Assembly: GCA_963717935.1 (NCBI GenBank)
Contig: CAVQXP010000004.1
Span: forward strand, 1,088,001-1,152,000
Direction: 5' to 3'
From: Candidatus Eiseniibacteriota bacterium
Lineage (GTDB): Bacteria; Eisenbacteria; RBG-16-71-46
DNA: 64,000 nt
Shown: positions 1-9,321 of the stretch, in pieces
How positions within the stretch are numbered: the first letter of the stretch is position 1
Layout of the letters: each line of letters opens with the position of its first letter
The notes under the pieces: generated by a model
The model's input: the letters and a program-made list of their open reading frames with translations, nothing else
The model's database searches: none
What the model was told of the DNA's origin: nothing
Position numbers and translations under genes: made by a program

Positions 1-135
1 GTGAATCCGATCGTGGCCGTGCTGTTGGGCTGGGGGCTGGGGGGCGAGGCGCTCACGCCGCGCACGGTCCTGGCCTGCCTGGTCATCGTGACCGCCGTGG
101 TGATCCTCACCGGCGCCCGCACCCTGCGGCGCTGA
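1..135 (+). CDS. 3' end of EamA/DMT family transporter (partial, runs off the window)
   Basis: Frame 1 reads VNPIVAVLLGWGLGGEALTPRTVLACLVIVTAVVILTGARTLRR*, matching the NP..AVLLG...GE C-terminal pattern of EamA proteins. Confidence 0.8.
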   Translation: MNPIVAVLLGWGLGGEALTPRTVLACLVIVTAVVILTGARTLRR

Positions 136-157
136 AGGCCGCGGGGCGCGGACCCCG

Positions 158-1591
158 CTACTTCGTCCGCCCGCGCTGCGAGTTCGCGTACTCGAGCCCC
201 ACGGTCTCCATCTCCGGGCTGCGCAGGCCGATCTTCCGGGCCAGCGCAACGGCCTCCTCCTCTCCCATCCCCTCGTCGAGCATGAGATAGGGCAGCATGA
301 TCCCGCCCACGCGGTTCGCCGCCATGCAATGGACGAGGACCGGCCGGCGCGCCGGATCACGCATGAGGCGACGGAACTCCTCGATCTGCGTGGCGCCCAG
401 GCTGGTCTTCGTGAAGGGGATGGTCACGTACTCGAGTCCTGCGGCCCTGACCACCTGCGCTTCGTCGTAGCCGCGCGGTTCGCCGGGCATGCACAGGTCG
501 ACGACCGTGCGGTACCCCGCGCGTGCGAAGGCCGCGAAGTCCTCCTCGCGCGGTAGTCCTGCGGTGGCCACGCCGGGCAGGGCGATCATCCCGAAGGCGA
601 GGCCGGGTACGGGCACCTGCCTCGTGTCGGCGGAGGCCGGTGAGGGGGCCGGCCCGGGCGCGTTCCCCCGGACCGGCTCTCCCGGTGCGCCGATCGGCCG
701 CAGCCGGATGCGTCTCTGCCGTGCGTCCAGCGTGACCTCGAAGTCCTGGAGCACCCGGCTCCCGATGTTTCCCACGCGCGCGGCGGGGTTCAACTCCAAC
801 TCGAGGTCGGTGAACTCGCGCCCCCCCAGGACGACCTTTCCGGCCAGCTTCGCGTCGAGCAGCTTGACCTCCCGGTCCACGGTCCGGGCGGTGCGTCCCT
901 CCACCGGCGGACCGGCGAGCGGGAGGCTGTCCTTCAGCGTCACCGGTAGCATCAGGCCACCCGACGATCCGGTGTCCACGTGCACGCGAACGCGCCGCCC
1001 GGCGACCTCGACCGGCACCGTGGGCAGCATCTCACCCTCGTAGGAGAAGACCTGTACGTCGTCGGGTGCCGGAAGCGAGCCGCGCCGGAGCACGATGCGC
1101 TGCCGCGCGAAGTCCCAGGTGATGAGCAGCCCGGGGAACTGGTTGGGCGAGAGCACGCCCCAGTGCTTCGCGGGGCCGGGCATCGGCATGTCGAGCGCCA
1201 GACAGGAGACCGGGGCCTGGAGCGTCCCCCCGAGCGTGAGTCGCCCGATGCTCACGATCTTCGCCGGCACCGGCGTGCCGCCGAGCGGGCTGCCGACCTG
1301 CGCTTCGCCGGTGACCTTCAGCCGCAGCGAGTCCGCGAGCGCCTTGGTGATGACCGTGCCATGGGCCCCGGTGTCCAGCACGAACGGGAACGGTCCGCGG
1401 CCGTCGAGCATGACCTGCACGACGCTGCGCCCCTGCCAGGACTCCATCGGCACCACGAGGCTGTCACCCTCGAGCCGGAACGTCGGCGCCGGCATGGCCA
1501 GGTGCTGCGGTACCGGCGCCGCGACGCTCACGGCGGTGAACGCCGTCCAGACGCAGAGGAATGCCGAAGTGATCGCGATCCGCGGCTTCAT
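158..1591 (-). CDS. Secreted tandem retropepsin-like aspartyl protease fused to a C-terminal DUF442/phosphatase-fold (putative sulfurtransferase) domain
   Basis: N-terminal signal peptide; two DTG motifs (FVLDTGA, VHVDTGS); Pro-rich linker; C-terminal domain with AGYRTVVDL and PVLVHCMAANRVG. Confidence 0.8.
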   Translation of the reverse strand: MKPRIAITSAFLCVWTAFTAVSVAAPVPQHLAMPAPTFRLEGDSLVVPMESWQGRSVVQVMLDGRGPFPFVLDTGAHGTVITKALADSLRLKVTGEAQVGSPLGGTPVPAKIVSIGRLTLGGTLQAPVSCLALDMPMPGPAKHWGVLSPNQFPGLLITWDFARQRIVLRRGSLPAPDDVQVFSYEGEMLPTVPVEVAGRRVRVHVDTGSSGGLMLPVTLKDSLPLAGPPVEGRTARTVDREVKLLDAKLAGKVVLGGREFTDLELELNPAARVGNIGSRVLQDFEVTLDARQRRIRLRPIGAPGEPVRGNAPGPAPSPASADTRQVPVPGLAFGMIALPGVATAGLPREEDFAAFARAGYRTVVDLCMPGEPRGYDEAQVVRAAGLEYVTIPFTKTSLGATQIEEFRRLMRDPARRPVLVHCMAANRVGGIMLPYLMLDEGMGEEEAVALARKIGLRSPEMETVGLEYANSQRGRTK

Positions 1592-1625
1592 GTCCGTGGT
1601 CTCCTCGTGTAAGGGCCGTGGGGGT

Positions 1626-1646
1626 TATGATACGATTCGTACCATA
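1626..1646. promoter_or_regulatory. Imperfect palindrome, candidate PadR operator
   Basis: TATGATACGA-T-TCGTACCATA (9/10 arm match); AT-rich patch between divergent genes. Confidence 0.55.
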
Positions 1647-1716
1647 CGACCCTCGTGATAGGCTGGTGTCACGGCAGCGTCAAACCGGCGCCGGCCGCAT
1701 GGTGTGGAGTCCGTCG

Positions 1717-2304
1717 ATGGCCTCGAGTCGCGAAGGGAAGCCCGGGCGGGTCGCGCTCCGGCGTCCGGTCCTGACGGAACTGGAGGGCTGCGTGCTGGGC
1801 ATCGTGTGGAGCCGGGGGCCCTGCACCGCCTACCTCGCGCGCAAGGTCTTCGTGGACTCGCCCAGCCCGTACTGGAGCGGTAGTGCCGGCGCGGTCTACC
1901 CGCTGCTGGCCCGGCTCGAGGATCGGGGGTTCGTGCGCGCGCAGGCCCACCGCGCGGGGCGGCGCGCGAGCCGGCGCTTCGTCATCACGCCCCGCGGGCG
2001 ACGCATGCTGGAGCGCTGGCTGGGGCCCCCCCTGCCGGCCTGGATCCTCGGCATCCCCATGGATCCCCTGCGTACGCGGATGGGTTTCCTGGCGGTGCTC
2101 CCGGCGCGCCGGCGGGCGCTCTTCCTGGCGGAGGCGGAACGACATGCGCGGACCCACCTGGAGAACGCCAGGAAGGAGATGGCCTGCACGTGCGCCGGCG
2201 GCGACCTGTACGACCAGTTCGTCTCCAGGGGAGCGGTCACGAGCCTCGAGGCCCGCCTGGCCTGGCTGAGCGGGGCTCGCCGCCGCCTGAGCCGGAGCCG
2301 GTAG
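1717..2304 (+). CDS. PadR family transcriptional regulator
   Basis: wHTH pattern LEGCVLGIV..GPCTAY...SAGAVYPLLARLEDRGFV...FVITPRG plus C-terminal helical domain; start at ATG 1717 (1699 also possible). Confidence 0.85.
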   Translation: MASSREGKPGRVALRRPVLTELEGCVLGIVWSRGPCTAYLARKVFVDSPSPYWSGSAGAVYPLLARLEDRGFVRAQAHRAGRRASRRFVITPRGRRMLERWLGPPLPAWILGIPMDPLRTRMGFLAVLPARRRALFLAEAERHARTHLENARKEMACTCAGGDLYDQFVSRGAVTSLEARLAWLSGARRRLSRSR

Positions 2305-2353
2305 ACGCCGACGCAGACGCCGGGGACGTGCCCCGCGGGGCCGAACCGCGTGC

Positions 2354-2383
2354 TTGCCTCGCGCCCGATCGCTCCCCTAGAAT
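2354..2383 (+). promoter_or_regulatory. Sigma70-type promoter of the pyr operon
   Basis: TTGCCT-18 nt-TAGAAT just upstream of the PyrR leader. Confidence 0.6.
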
Positions 2384-2408
2384 GCCGAGAGATCGCTGTC
2401 CCGTCGTG

Positions 2409-2439
2409 CCTTTAACGCCGCTCCGCGAGGTGGCAAAGG
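2409..2439 (+). ncRNA. PyrR-binding RNA stem-loop (cis-regulatory leader)
   Basis: CCTTTAA-c-GCCGCT-CCGCGA-GGTGGC-AAAGG: CUUUAA lower motif, CNGNGA hexaloop and AAAG closing strand, directly upstream of pyrB. Confidence 0.75.
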
Positions 2440-2448
2440 AGGAGTCGC

Positions 2449-3516
2449 ATGAAGGTCGCACCTGCCCGCCCGGCGCCCTGTGGCGCGGGGCTCGTTTTGT
2501 TCCGGGGGCTGGAGGTTGCGGCCCCGGACCGCGGCCTGCCGCTCCATCGTGACCCGCGGCATCTGCTCGGCCTCGAGGGCCTGGACCGCGCGGAGATCCT
2601 CGCCCTGCTGGACGCGGCCGAGACCTGCCGGGCGCGTCTGCGCGCCGGCGGCATGCCCTTCGACGACCTGCGCGGCGTGACGGTCCTGCTGGGCTTCTTC
2701 GAGGACTCGACCCGCACGCGCGTCTCCTTCGAGCTGGCGGCCCGGCACCTCGGTGCCACGGTCACCACGCTCACCACCGCGGGCTCGGCCATCAGCAAGG
2801 GCGAGTCCCTCTACGACACGGTGCAGAACGTCCGGGCGATGGGCGTGGACCTGGTGGTGGTGCGGCACGTGGCTTCGGGTGCGCCCTACTTCCTGGCCCG
2901 CCACCTCGACGTCGGTGTCATCAACGCCGGCGACGGCCGTCACGAGCACCCGACGCAGGGGTTGCTCGACCTGATGACCCTGCGCGATGCCTGGCAGGGC
3001 CGCTTCGAGGGCCGGCGCCTGGCGCTGGTCGGTGACATCGCGCACTCGCGCGTGGCGCGCAGCGCCATCTTCGGCCTGCGGGCGCTCGGCGCGAGCGTGA
3101 CGGTCGTGGGCCCGCGCACCCTGCTCCCGGCCGGGGTCGAAGGGCTGGGCTGCACGCTGGCCGCCACGGTGGAGGAGGCCATGGAGGGCGCCGACGCGGT
3201 GATGGCGCTCCGGCTCCAGCGTGAGCGCATGGACGGCGGGCTGCTGCCCTCGCTGGGCGAGTTCTCGCGGGTCTGGGGGCTCACGCCCGAGCGCGTACGC
3301 CTCATGAACCGCGACGCCGTCGTGCTGCACCCGGGCCCGATGAACCGCGGCGTCGAGGTCACCGCCGAGGTGGCCGACAGCGAGCGCTCGGTCATCCTCG
3401 ACCAGGTCCAGAACGGCGTGGCGCTGCGCTGCGCGGTGCTCGCGCGCTGCGCCGCGGCGCGGTCGGTGCGCGGATTCGGCCGGGCCGCGGGCCAGCCGCG
3501 CGGGGAGGTCGCATGA
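2449..3516 (+). CDS. pyrB: Aspartate carbamoyltransferase catalytic subunit
   Basis: FFEDSTRTRVSFE, HPTQGLLD, GDIAHSRVARS and HPGPMNRG motifs; start uncertain (about 35 aa atypical N-terminus). Confidence 0.97.
   Translation: MKVAPARPAPCGAGLVLFRGLEVAAPDRGLPLHRDPRHLLGLEGLDRAEILALLDAAETCRARLRAGGMPFDDLRGVTVLLGFFEDSTRTRVSFELAARHLGATVTTLTTAGSAISKGESLYDTVQNVRAMGVDLVVVRHVASGAPYFLARHLDVGVINAGDGRHEHPTQGLLDLMTLRDAWQGRFEGRRLALVGDIAHSRVARSAIFGLRALGASVTVVGPRTLLPAGVEGLGCTLAATVEEAMEGADAVMALRLQRERMDGGLLPSLGEFSRVWGLTPERVRLMNRDAVVLHPGPMNRGVEVTAEVADSERSVILDQVQNGVALRCAVLARCAAARSVRGFGRAAGQPRGEVA
2468..2501 (+). terminator. Candidate attenuator terminator hairpin
   Basis: GCCCGGCGCC-ctgt-GGCGCGGGGC followed by TCGTTTTGTT, 30 nt downstream of the PyrR loop. 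Confidence 0.45.
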
Positions 3517-4832
3517 GACCCATCACGCTCATCCGCGGCGCACGCCACTGGCGGACCGGCGAGCGCGTGGACCTGGGCTTCCGCGAGGGTCTGATCGTCG
3601 AGGACCCGGGCACGCGCGAAGCCGGCAGCGTCATCGAGGCCGACGGCCTGCTGGTGGCGCCGGGCCTGGTGGACCTGCACGTGCACCTGCGCGAGCCCGG
3701 CCAATCGGTGAAGGAGACCATCGCCACCGGCACGCGCGCCGCGGCCGCGGGCGGGTTCACCAGCGTGTGCTGCATGCCCAACACGCAGCCGGTGCTGGAC
3801 GCGGCGGTGCAGGTGGAGTGGGTGCGCGAGCGCGCCGCGGCCGTGGGGTACTGCCGCGTGCATCCGATCGGAGCGGTCACCATGGGCCAGAACGGCGAGC
3901 AGCTCGCCCCGGCCATGGCGCTGCGGAACGCCGGCGCGGTGGCGCTCAGCGACGATGGCCGCCCGGTGGTGAAGGCCTCGATCGTGCGCCGCGCGCTCGA
4001 GTACGCGCGCCACGCGGGGCTGCCCATCGTCTGCCACGAGGAGGACCCGACGCTGAAGGGCGAGGGGGTCATGAACGAGGGTCTCATGGCGACGCGGCTG
4101 GGTCTGCGCGGCATCCCCAACGCGGCCGAGAGCGTGATGGTGCGGCGCGACGTGGAGCTGGCCGCGCTCACCGGCGGACGCATCCACCTGGCGCACCTCT
4201 CGTGCGCCGAGTCGCTCGACGCGCTGCGCGACGCGAAGCGGCGGGGCCTCGCGGTGACGGGCGAGACCTGCCCGCACTACTGGACGCTCACCGACGCGGC
4301 GGTGGGGGAGTACGACACCAACGCCAGGATGAATCCGCCGCTGCGCTCGGCCGCGGACCGCGACGCGGTCATCGCCGCGCTCGCGGACGGCACGCTCGAC
4401 TGTCTCGCCACCGACCACGCGCCGCACACGGCCGACGAGAAGCGCGCGCCCTTCGACCAGGCGCCCGACGGCATCGTGGGCCTCGAGACCGCGCTCGCGC
4501 TGACGCTGACCTGCCTGGTGAAGCCGGGGCACCTCACGCTGCAGCGCGCGCTCGAGCTGTGGACCGACGAGCCGCGCCGGGTCTTCGACCTGCGACCGGT
4601 GCGGCTCGAGCCCGGCGACCCGGCGGACCTGGTGCTGATCGACCCGGGGGCGGAGTGGACCGTCGATCCCGAACGCTTCCAGTCGAAGGGGCGCAACACG
4701 CCCTTCGCGGGCTGGCGGCTCACCGGCCGCGCGCTCGCCACCGTGTGCGGGGGACGGTTGACGCACGTGGACCCGGCGGTGCGCGTGGCGCGCGCCCGCC
4801 GCGGTGCGGCCGTGGCCCCGGCCGCCGGTTGA
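3513..4832 (+). CDS. pyrC: Dihydroorotase
   Basis: DLHVHLREPG, MPNT, MNPPLR and ATDHAPH motifs; ATGA overlap with pyrB. Confidence 0.97.
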   Translation: MRPITLIRGARHWRTGERVDLGFREGLIVEDPGTREAGSVIEADGLLVAPGLVDLHVHLREPGQSVKETIATGTRAAAAGGFTSVCCMPNTQPVLDAAVQVEWVRERAAAVGYCRVHPIGAVTMGQNGEQLAPAMALRNAGAVALSDDGRPVVKASIVRRALEYARHAGLPIVCHEEDPTLKGEGVMNEGLMATRLGLRGIPNAAESVMVRRDVELAALTGGRIHLAHLSCAESLDALRDAKRRGLAVTGETCPHYWTLTDAAVGEYDTNARMNPPLRSAADRDAVIAALADGTLDCLATDHAPHTADEKRAPFDQAPDGIVGLETALALTLTCLVKPGHLTLQRALELWTDEPRRVFDLRPVRLEPGDPADLVLIDPGAEWTVDPERFQSKGRNTPFAGWRLTGRALATVCGGRLTHVDPAVRVARARRGAAVAPAAG

Positions 4833-4941
4833 GCGGTGGGACGGGGCACGGCTCGAAGCGCCCCGGGCCCGCCTCGTCAGCGCCGAGAAGCCCATGCTAC
4901 CCTGCGCTCATGGTCCCGACCGCGATGAGAGGGCGACCGGC

Positions 4942-6735
4942 GTGAGGCTCCGCCGCCTGGTCCCGCTGCTGGCGCTGGCGGTGCTCGCCACCTCCTGCGC
5001 CTACTACAACACCTTCTACCTGGCGCGGAAGTACTACTTCAAGGGCACCGGTGGCCTGCCCTACCCCGTGGACAAGCGCGACGCGAGCGCGGGGCAGAGC
5101 TTCACCAAGGCGATCGACCTCTCGAAGAAGGTGCTGGCGAACTACGCCAAGTCGAAGTGGGTGGACGACGCCTACCTGCTGTGGGCGCGCTCGCTGCTGG
5201 GACGGGATGACCCGCGCAAGACGGTGGACATGCTCGAGGATTTCCCCGTCCGCTTCCCCGACAGCAAGCTCAAGGCCGAGGCACTGTTCTACCTGGGCGT
5301 GGGCTACCGGCAGTCGCACCGCAACGGCGAGGCCGAAGCGACGCTGGCCCGGTTCCTCGTTCAGGCTCCCAGGAGCGACCTCGTCCCCTACGCCTGGCTC
5401 GAGCGCGCTCGCGCGCTCGCCGCGAACGACCGCGATTCAGCCGCGGCGTATTGCGCTGGCCAGGTGATCGAGCGCTTCCCCAAGAGCAGGCTGGGGCCGC
5501 AGGCGCTGGCCACGCGTGCCCAGGCGCTGCTCGATGCGGGTGACTACGCCCGGGCCCGCGCCGACTACCGGACCATCGGACTGACCGCGTTGAACGACGA
5601 CGACCGCCTCACGTTCCTGTTCCGGGAGTCCGACTGTCTCGAGGCCGCGCGCGACTACGAGGCGGTCCTGGGCCAACTCAAGGAGGCGCTGGCGCACGAG
5701 CGGTTGCCCGTGGTGACCGAGGGGCCCACGGGCCCGGTCCCCTATCAGCCGACACCCGGGGGCGATCGCTACGGGCGCATCCTGATCCGCATCGGCACGG
5801 TGCACCTGATGGCGGAGCGGCAGAAGGACGCGCTCGATGCCTACCAGGAGGTCGTGCACCTGTACCCGAAGTCGCTGCTCAGCGCCGAGGCGCAGTACCG
5901 CATCGGCTACGTCTTCGAGACCGCGGGCGACGACTTCGAGCGGGCGCGCAGCGAGTACGCGCGAGTCAAGGACGAGTCCCCGAACTCGGCCTTCTCCACC
6001 CAGGCCCAGAGCCGGCTGACGAACCTCGAGCGCGTGAGTCAGTTCCGCTCGGCCGGCGGTGACACGCTCCAGAAGGAGGCCGAGGCGGGCTTCCTGCTTG
6101 CCGAGTTGTACCTGTTCCAGCTGGGCAAACCCGCGCGCGCGGTCGAGGAGTACGGGAAGGTGGCCAGGGAGTTCGCGGGCACGCCGTGGGCTGCCAAGGC
6201 GCTGACCGCCAAGGCCTGGGTGCTGAGCCGCAAGCTCGGGCGCCGGGCCGCGGCTGATTCGCTGCTCTGGGAGGTGGTGCTGCAGTACCCGGCCACCGAG
6301 TCCCAACTCGCCGCGCGCGACTACCTCGAGCAGGACGGCATCGCGGTGCCCGACTCGCTCATCAAGTTGCCGCCGCCGCCCGCGCCCCCGCCGGCCGACA
6401 CCACGCGCCTCACGCCTCCGCCCACGGGGCCCGCGTCGCTCGGCCTCCTGGCGGGCGCCGACAGCGCGAAGGCGGGAGCGCGAAGCGGGGGCGTCCTCGG
6501 GCGGACCACGCCGCGTCGCGGATTCATGCGCACGGGCGCCGCTCCGGGACCGTCCTGGGACCCGCGTTATGCCGGGACGTCGAGCGGCGCTCCGTGTCTG
6601 GCCGGCGACAGCCCGTTCACGGGCGGCACGGACGAGGCGGCTGCCGGGGCGGATTCCGCGAACGCGCCCGGCGCAGCGCCCGACACGTTGCCCGTCGCGC
6701 CGCGCGACAGCCTCCACAACCGCATCGACCGGTGA
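4942..6735 (+). CDS. TPR-repeat lipoprotein with Pro/Ala-rich tail
   Basis: GTG start, lipobox LATSC followed by AYYNTFY; multiple TPR-like repeats (AEALFYLG, AEAQYRIG, EAGFLLAELY). Confidence 0.85.
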   Translation: MRLRRLVPLLALAVLATSCAYYNTFYLARKYYFKGTGGLPYPVDKRDASAGQSFTKAIDLSKKVLANYAKSKWVDDAYLLWARSLLGRDDPRKTVDMLEDFPVRFPDSKLKAEALFYLGVGYRQSHRNGEAEATLARFLVQAPRSDLVPYAWLERARALAANDRDSAAAYCAGQVIERFPKSRLGPQALATRAQALLDAGDYARARADYRTIGLTALNDDDRLTFLFRESDCLEAARDYEAVLGQLKEALAHERLPVVTEGPTGPVPYQPTPGGDRYGRILIRIGTVHLMAERQKDALDAYQEVVHLYPKSLLSAEAQYRIGYVFETAGDDFERARSEYARVKDESPNSAFSTQAQSRLTNLERVSQFRSAGGDTLQKEAEAGFLLAELYLFQLGKPARAVEEYGKVAREFAGTPWAAKALTAKAWVLSRKLGRRAAADSLLWEVVLQYPATESQLAARDYLEQDGIAVPDSLIKLPPPPAPPPADTTRLTPPPTGPASLGLLAGADSAKAGARSGGVLGRTTPRRGFMRTGAAPGPSWDPRYAGTSSGAPCLAGDSPFTGGTDEAAAGADSANAPGAAPDTLPVAPRDSLHNRIDR

Positions 6736-7610
6736 GCGCCACGCGCCCCGTCTGGCGGCAGAGCCGCGCCCGGGTCGTGCGGCAGGACGACCACGGCGCC
6801 GGCCATCGCTGGCTCGAACTCGAGGTGAAGTCCCCCTTCGCGCCGCCGAGCCCCGGGCAGTTCGTGCAGCTCCGGCTGCCGCCGGCCGCGAATCCGGTAC
6901 TGCTGCCGCGGCCCATGAGCGTCGCCAGCGTGGCGCGCTCGCGGGGTGCGCTGCGCGTGGGTTTCCTCTACGCGCCCGTGGGCGTCGGCACGCTGGCGCT
7001 GGCGGCCCTGGGTGCGGGCAGCGAGGTCGAGATGCTGGGACCGCTGGGGCGGGGCTTCCCGCTCGGGCATCCGGGCACGCCCGTGCTGCTCGCGGGCGGC
7101 CGCGGCGTGGGGCCGCTGCTGTTCGCGGCCGATGTGCTGGCGCGACGGCGGCGGTCCGCGGTGCTCCTGTTCGGCGCGCGCGGGCGTGCGCAACTGGTGG
7201 GGCTGGCGGATGCCCACCGCCGTCTCGCCGTCCTCGGCGGCCGTCTGCACGTCTGCACCGACGACGGCAGCCTGGGGCCCAGGGGCAACGTGGTCCACCT
7301 GCTCGAGCGCGTCACGCCGGGGCTCGCCGGTCCGCTCGTCCTGCACGCCTGCGGGCCGCACGCCATGCTCAAGGCGGTCGCGCTCTGGGCGCTCGCTCGT
7401 GGCGTGCCCGCGTTCCTCGCGATGGAATCCATGATGGCCTGCGGCACCGGGGTGTGCCGCGGCTGCCCGCTGCCGCGCAGCGCCCGCGCCCGCGCGGCCT
7501 ACGATCCGGCCACGGCGCCGTCGCTGCACGGCAACCGCGAATGGGCGATGTGCTGCACCGAGGGCCCGGTCTTCGCCGCCGAGGACCTCGACTGGGAGCG
7601 GATCTCGTGA
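6732..7610 (+). CDS. pyrK: Dihydroorotate dehydrogenase electron transfer subunit
   Basis: PGQFVQL, RPMS, GPLGRGF, AGGRGVGPL, ACGP and CGTGVCRGC...CTEGPVF [2Fe-2S] motif; directly upstream of pyrD. Confidence 0.92.
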   Translation: MSATRPVWRQSRARVVRQDDHGAGHRWLELEVKSPFAPPSPGQFVQLRLPPAANPVLLPRPMSVASVARSRGALRVGFLYAPVGVGTLALAALGAGSEVEMLGPLGRGFPLGHPGTPVLLAGGRGVGPLLFAADVLARRRRSAVLLFGARGRAQLVGLADAHRRLAVLGGRLHVCTDDGSLGPRGNVVHLLERVTPGLAGPLVLHACGPHAMLKAVALWALARGVPAFLAMESMMACGTGVCRGCPLPRSARARAAYDPATAPSLHGNREWAMCCTEGPVFAAEDLDWERIS

Positions 7611-8608
7611 ACGGGCGGACCCGCCGCCCCGTGCCGGCTCGCGCCGTGGACCTCACCGTGCGCATCGGCCCGCTGTGGCTGCGCAACCCGGTGCTCACCG
7701 CCTCGGGCACCTTCGGCTACGGCGACGAGTACGCCCACGTCGTGGACGTGAAGGCGCTGGGCGGCGTGGTGACGAAGACCGTCACGCTGGAGCCGCGCAG
7801 CGGCAACCCGCCCGGGCGCATCGTCGAGACCGCGGGCGGCATGCTCAACTCGATCGGCCTCGAGAACGTGGGCCTCGAGCGCTTCCGGCGCGAGAAGCTA
7901 CCGCGCCTGCGCGCGCTGGGCGCCACCCTCGTGGTCTCGCTCGGCGGCGAGACGGCGGCCGAGCTGGAGCGACTGCTGGAGACCCTCGGTGGCGATCGGG
8001 CGATCGCCGGATTCGAGATCAACTTCTCCTGCCCCAACGTGGCGAAGGGCGGTGCCCGATACTGGGCGGTGCCGCGCCGGCTCGAGCGCACGCTCGCCCG
8101 CCTGCGGCCGCTCACGAGGAAGGCGCTCCTCGCCAAGCTCTCGCCCGACGTGACCTCGATCGGCGACCTGGCGCGCGCCTGCGAGCAGGGCGGGGCCGAC
8201 GCGGTGACCGCCTGCAACACCTTCGTCGGCATGGCGGTGGACCTGGGCCGCCTGCGCTCGCGCCTGGGGCGGGCGACCGGCGGGCTCTCGGGTCCGGCCA
8301 TCAAGCCGCTGGCGCTGGCGCGTTGCCACGAGGTGGCCCGCGCCGTGCGCATCCCGGTCCTCGGTTCGGGCGGCATCATGGATGCGCGCGACGCGCTCGA
8401 GTACCTCGCGGTGGGGGCGAGCGCGGTGCAGGTGGGCACGGCGACGTTCCTGCGGCCCGACGCCGCACCGCGCATCGTCGCCGGATTGCGCGAGGCGCTG
8501 GCGGAGCGCGGCATCGGCAGCGTGCGCGAGTGGAGCGGTGTGCTCTGCGGCGAGCCGCTGGGCGAGGAGCCGGCCGCGAAGGCGCCCTCACGGAGGAAGA
8601 CGACATGA
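7607..8608 (+). CDS. pyrD: Dihydroorotate dehydrogenase (family 1B, NAD+) catalytic subunit
   Basis: NPVLTASGTFG, MLNSIGLEN, EINFSCPN, KLSP and GGLSGPAIKP motifs. Confidence 0.96.
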   Translation: MNGRTRRPVPARAVDLTVRIGPLWLRNPVLTASGTFGYGDEYAHVVDVKALGGVVTKTVTLEPRSGNPPGRIVETAGGMLNSIGLENVGLERFRREKLPRLRALGATLVVSLGGETAAELERLLETLGGDRAIAGFEINFSCPNVAKGGARYWAVPRRLERTLARLRPLTRKALLAKLSPDVTSIGDLARACEQGGADAVTACNTFVGMAVDLGRLRSRLGRATGGLSGPAIKPLALARCHEVARAVRIPVLGSGGIMDARDALEYLAVGASAVQVGTATFLRPDAAPRIVAGLREALAERGIGSVREWSGVLCGEPLGEEPAAKAPSRRKTT

Positions 8609-9321
8609 GCGAGCTGGCCATCGCCTTCGACGTCGAGACGCTCGATCAGGCGCTCGCGCTCGACCGCCGCCTCGGCGCGGGCCCCGAACTCGCCAAGGTC
8701 GGCCTGCAGCTCTTCACCTCGGCCGGGCCCGACGCCGTGCGCGCGCTGGCGGCGCGGGGCCGGCGCGTGTTCCTCGACCTCAAGCTGCACGACATCCCCA
8801 ACACCGTGCGCGGCGCGGCGGCCGCGGCCGGCGCGCTGGGCGTGGACCTGCTCACCGTGCACGCCACCGGTGGCGAAGCCATGCTGCGTGCCGCGGTCGA
8901 GGGCGCGGCCGAGGCCGGGAAGGGCACCCGCGTCGTCGCCGTCACCCTGCTCACGAGCCTCGACCCGCAAGCGATGCCGCCCGGCTTCGCGCGCCCCTTC
9001 GACCTCGACGCCGCCGTGGCCGCGCTGCTGGAGACGGCCGAGCGCGCGGGCGCGGCGGGCATCGTCTGTTCGGCCGCCGACCTCGAGGGCCTGCGCCGGC
9101 TCCGAGGCGGCCGGCCGTTCTATGCCGTCACGCCCGGCATCCGCCCGGCCGGGGGCGGGACGCAGGACCAGAAGCGCGTGGCCACCATCGGTGAGGCCGT
9201 ACGGCTGGGAGCCGGCCTGCTCGTGCTCGGCCGGGCCGTCACCGCCGCCGCCGACCCGCGCGCGGCACTCGAGGCAGCGCGGGCCGAGCGGGACGCGGCG
9301 CTACGGGTGCTGCGGGGATGA
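8605..9321 (+). CDS. pyrF: Orotidine-5'-phosphate decarboxylase
   Basis: KVGLQL, FLDLKLHDIPNTV, VTLLTS, TPGIRP and DQKRV motifs. Confidence 0.97.
   Translation: MSELAIAFDVETLDQALALDRRLGAGPELAKVGLQLFTSAGPDAVRALAARGRRVFLDLKLHDIPNTVRGAAAAAGALGVDLLTVHATGGEAMLRAAVEGAAEAGKGTRVVAVTLLTSLDPQAMPPGFARPFDLDAAVAALLETAERAGAAGIVCSAADLEGLRRLRGGRPFYAVTPGIRPAGGGTQDQKRVATIGEAVRLGAGLLVLGRAVTAAADPRAALEAARAERDAALRVLRG

Noticed and set aside
6569..7606. N-terminal extensions of the pyrD, pyrF, ligase, luxC-like and rmd-like ORFs in the ORF track
   Set aside because: They overlap upstream genes in another frame; real starts coincide with stop/start overlaps or short gaps
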